Source of the DNA: Gordius albopunctatus
Taxonomy: Eukaryota
DNA length: 64,000 nucleotides
Reading direction: 5' to 3'
Assembly (NCBI GenBank): GCA_964276515.1
Contig: OZ193909.1
Location: 124,001 to 188,000, forward strand
A program made the position numbers and the translations under genes. Shown one piece after another: positions 63,738-64,000 of the stretch (its first letter is position 1; every line of letters starts with the position of its first letter). The notes under the pieces were generated by a model. That model did no database searches. It was not told the DNA's origin and worked only from the letters and a program-made list of their open reading frames with translations.

Positions 63738-64000
63738 AATAGTTTTATTTATTTTATACCTTTATTTTTTGCACTCCATGCAAATAGGAGGGAGGTAATA
63801 TGGTATTACCTAATTATAATAGTGGTACCTTTATAATTTAGATATCACGTTGTTCACATTCCTTCTTACTCGATGAATACACACTATTCATACTCCTCCT
63901 TATTCTATTCATAATGATTATAATTTGAATAGCCCCCAACTACCTTACGAGTTATGTATATTAACTTCGATAGATGGTATATAACTAATGCGTAGCGATC

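Overview
AT-rich, intron-containing animal (invertebrate-like) genomic DNA; the species cannot be determined from the sequence. Four spliced genes, all on the minus strand, were reconstructed by hand: an RP2/XRP2 ARL3-GAP (1220-6663, 9 exons, fragmented in the ORF track), an ESRP/fusilli splicing regulator (8074-20146, 14 coding exons), an ACAA2-type 3-ketoacyl-CoA thiolase (40312-43198, 10 exons) and an insulin-like peptide (49084-49657, 2 exons). The rest is dense with transposon debris: RTE and CRE-like non-LTR retrotransposons, hAT-type MITEs with 8-bp TSDs, Tc1/pogo-like MITEs, Helitron ends and a four-element nest. The most striking signal is a twister self-cleaving ribozyme core (59237-59289) whose predicted U/A cleavage site coincides with the 5' end of a near full-length, TSD-bounded RTE element. 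That RTE is itself inserted in the 3' UTR of a CRE-like retrotransposon, and a second, different RTE also sits inside a CRE 3' end. Homology calls rest on remembered family motifs, not database searches.
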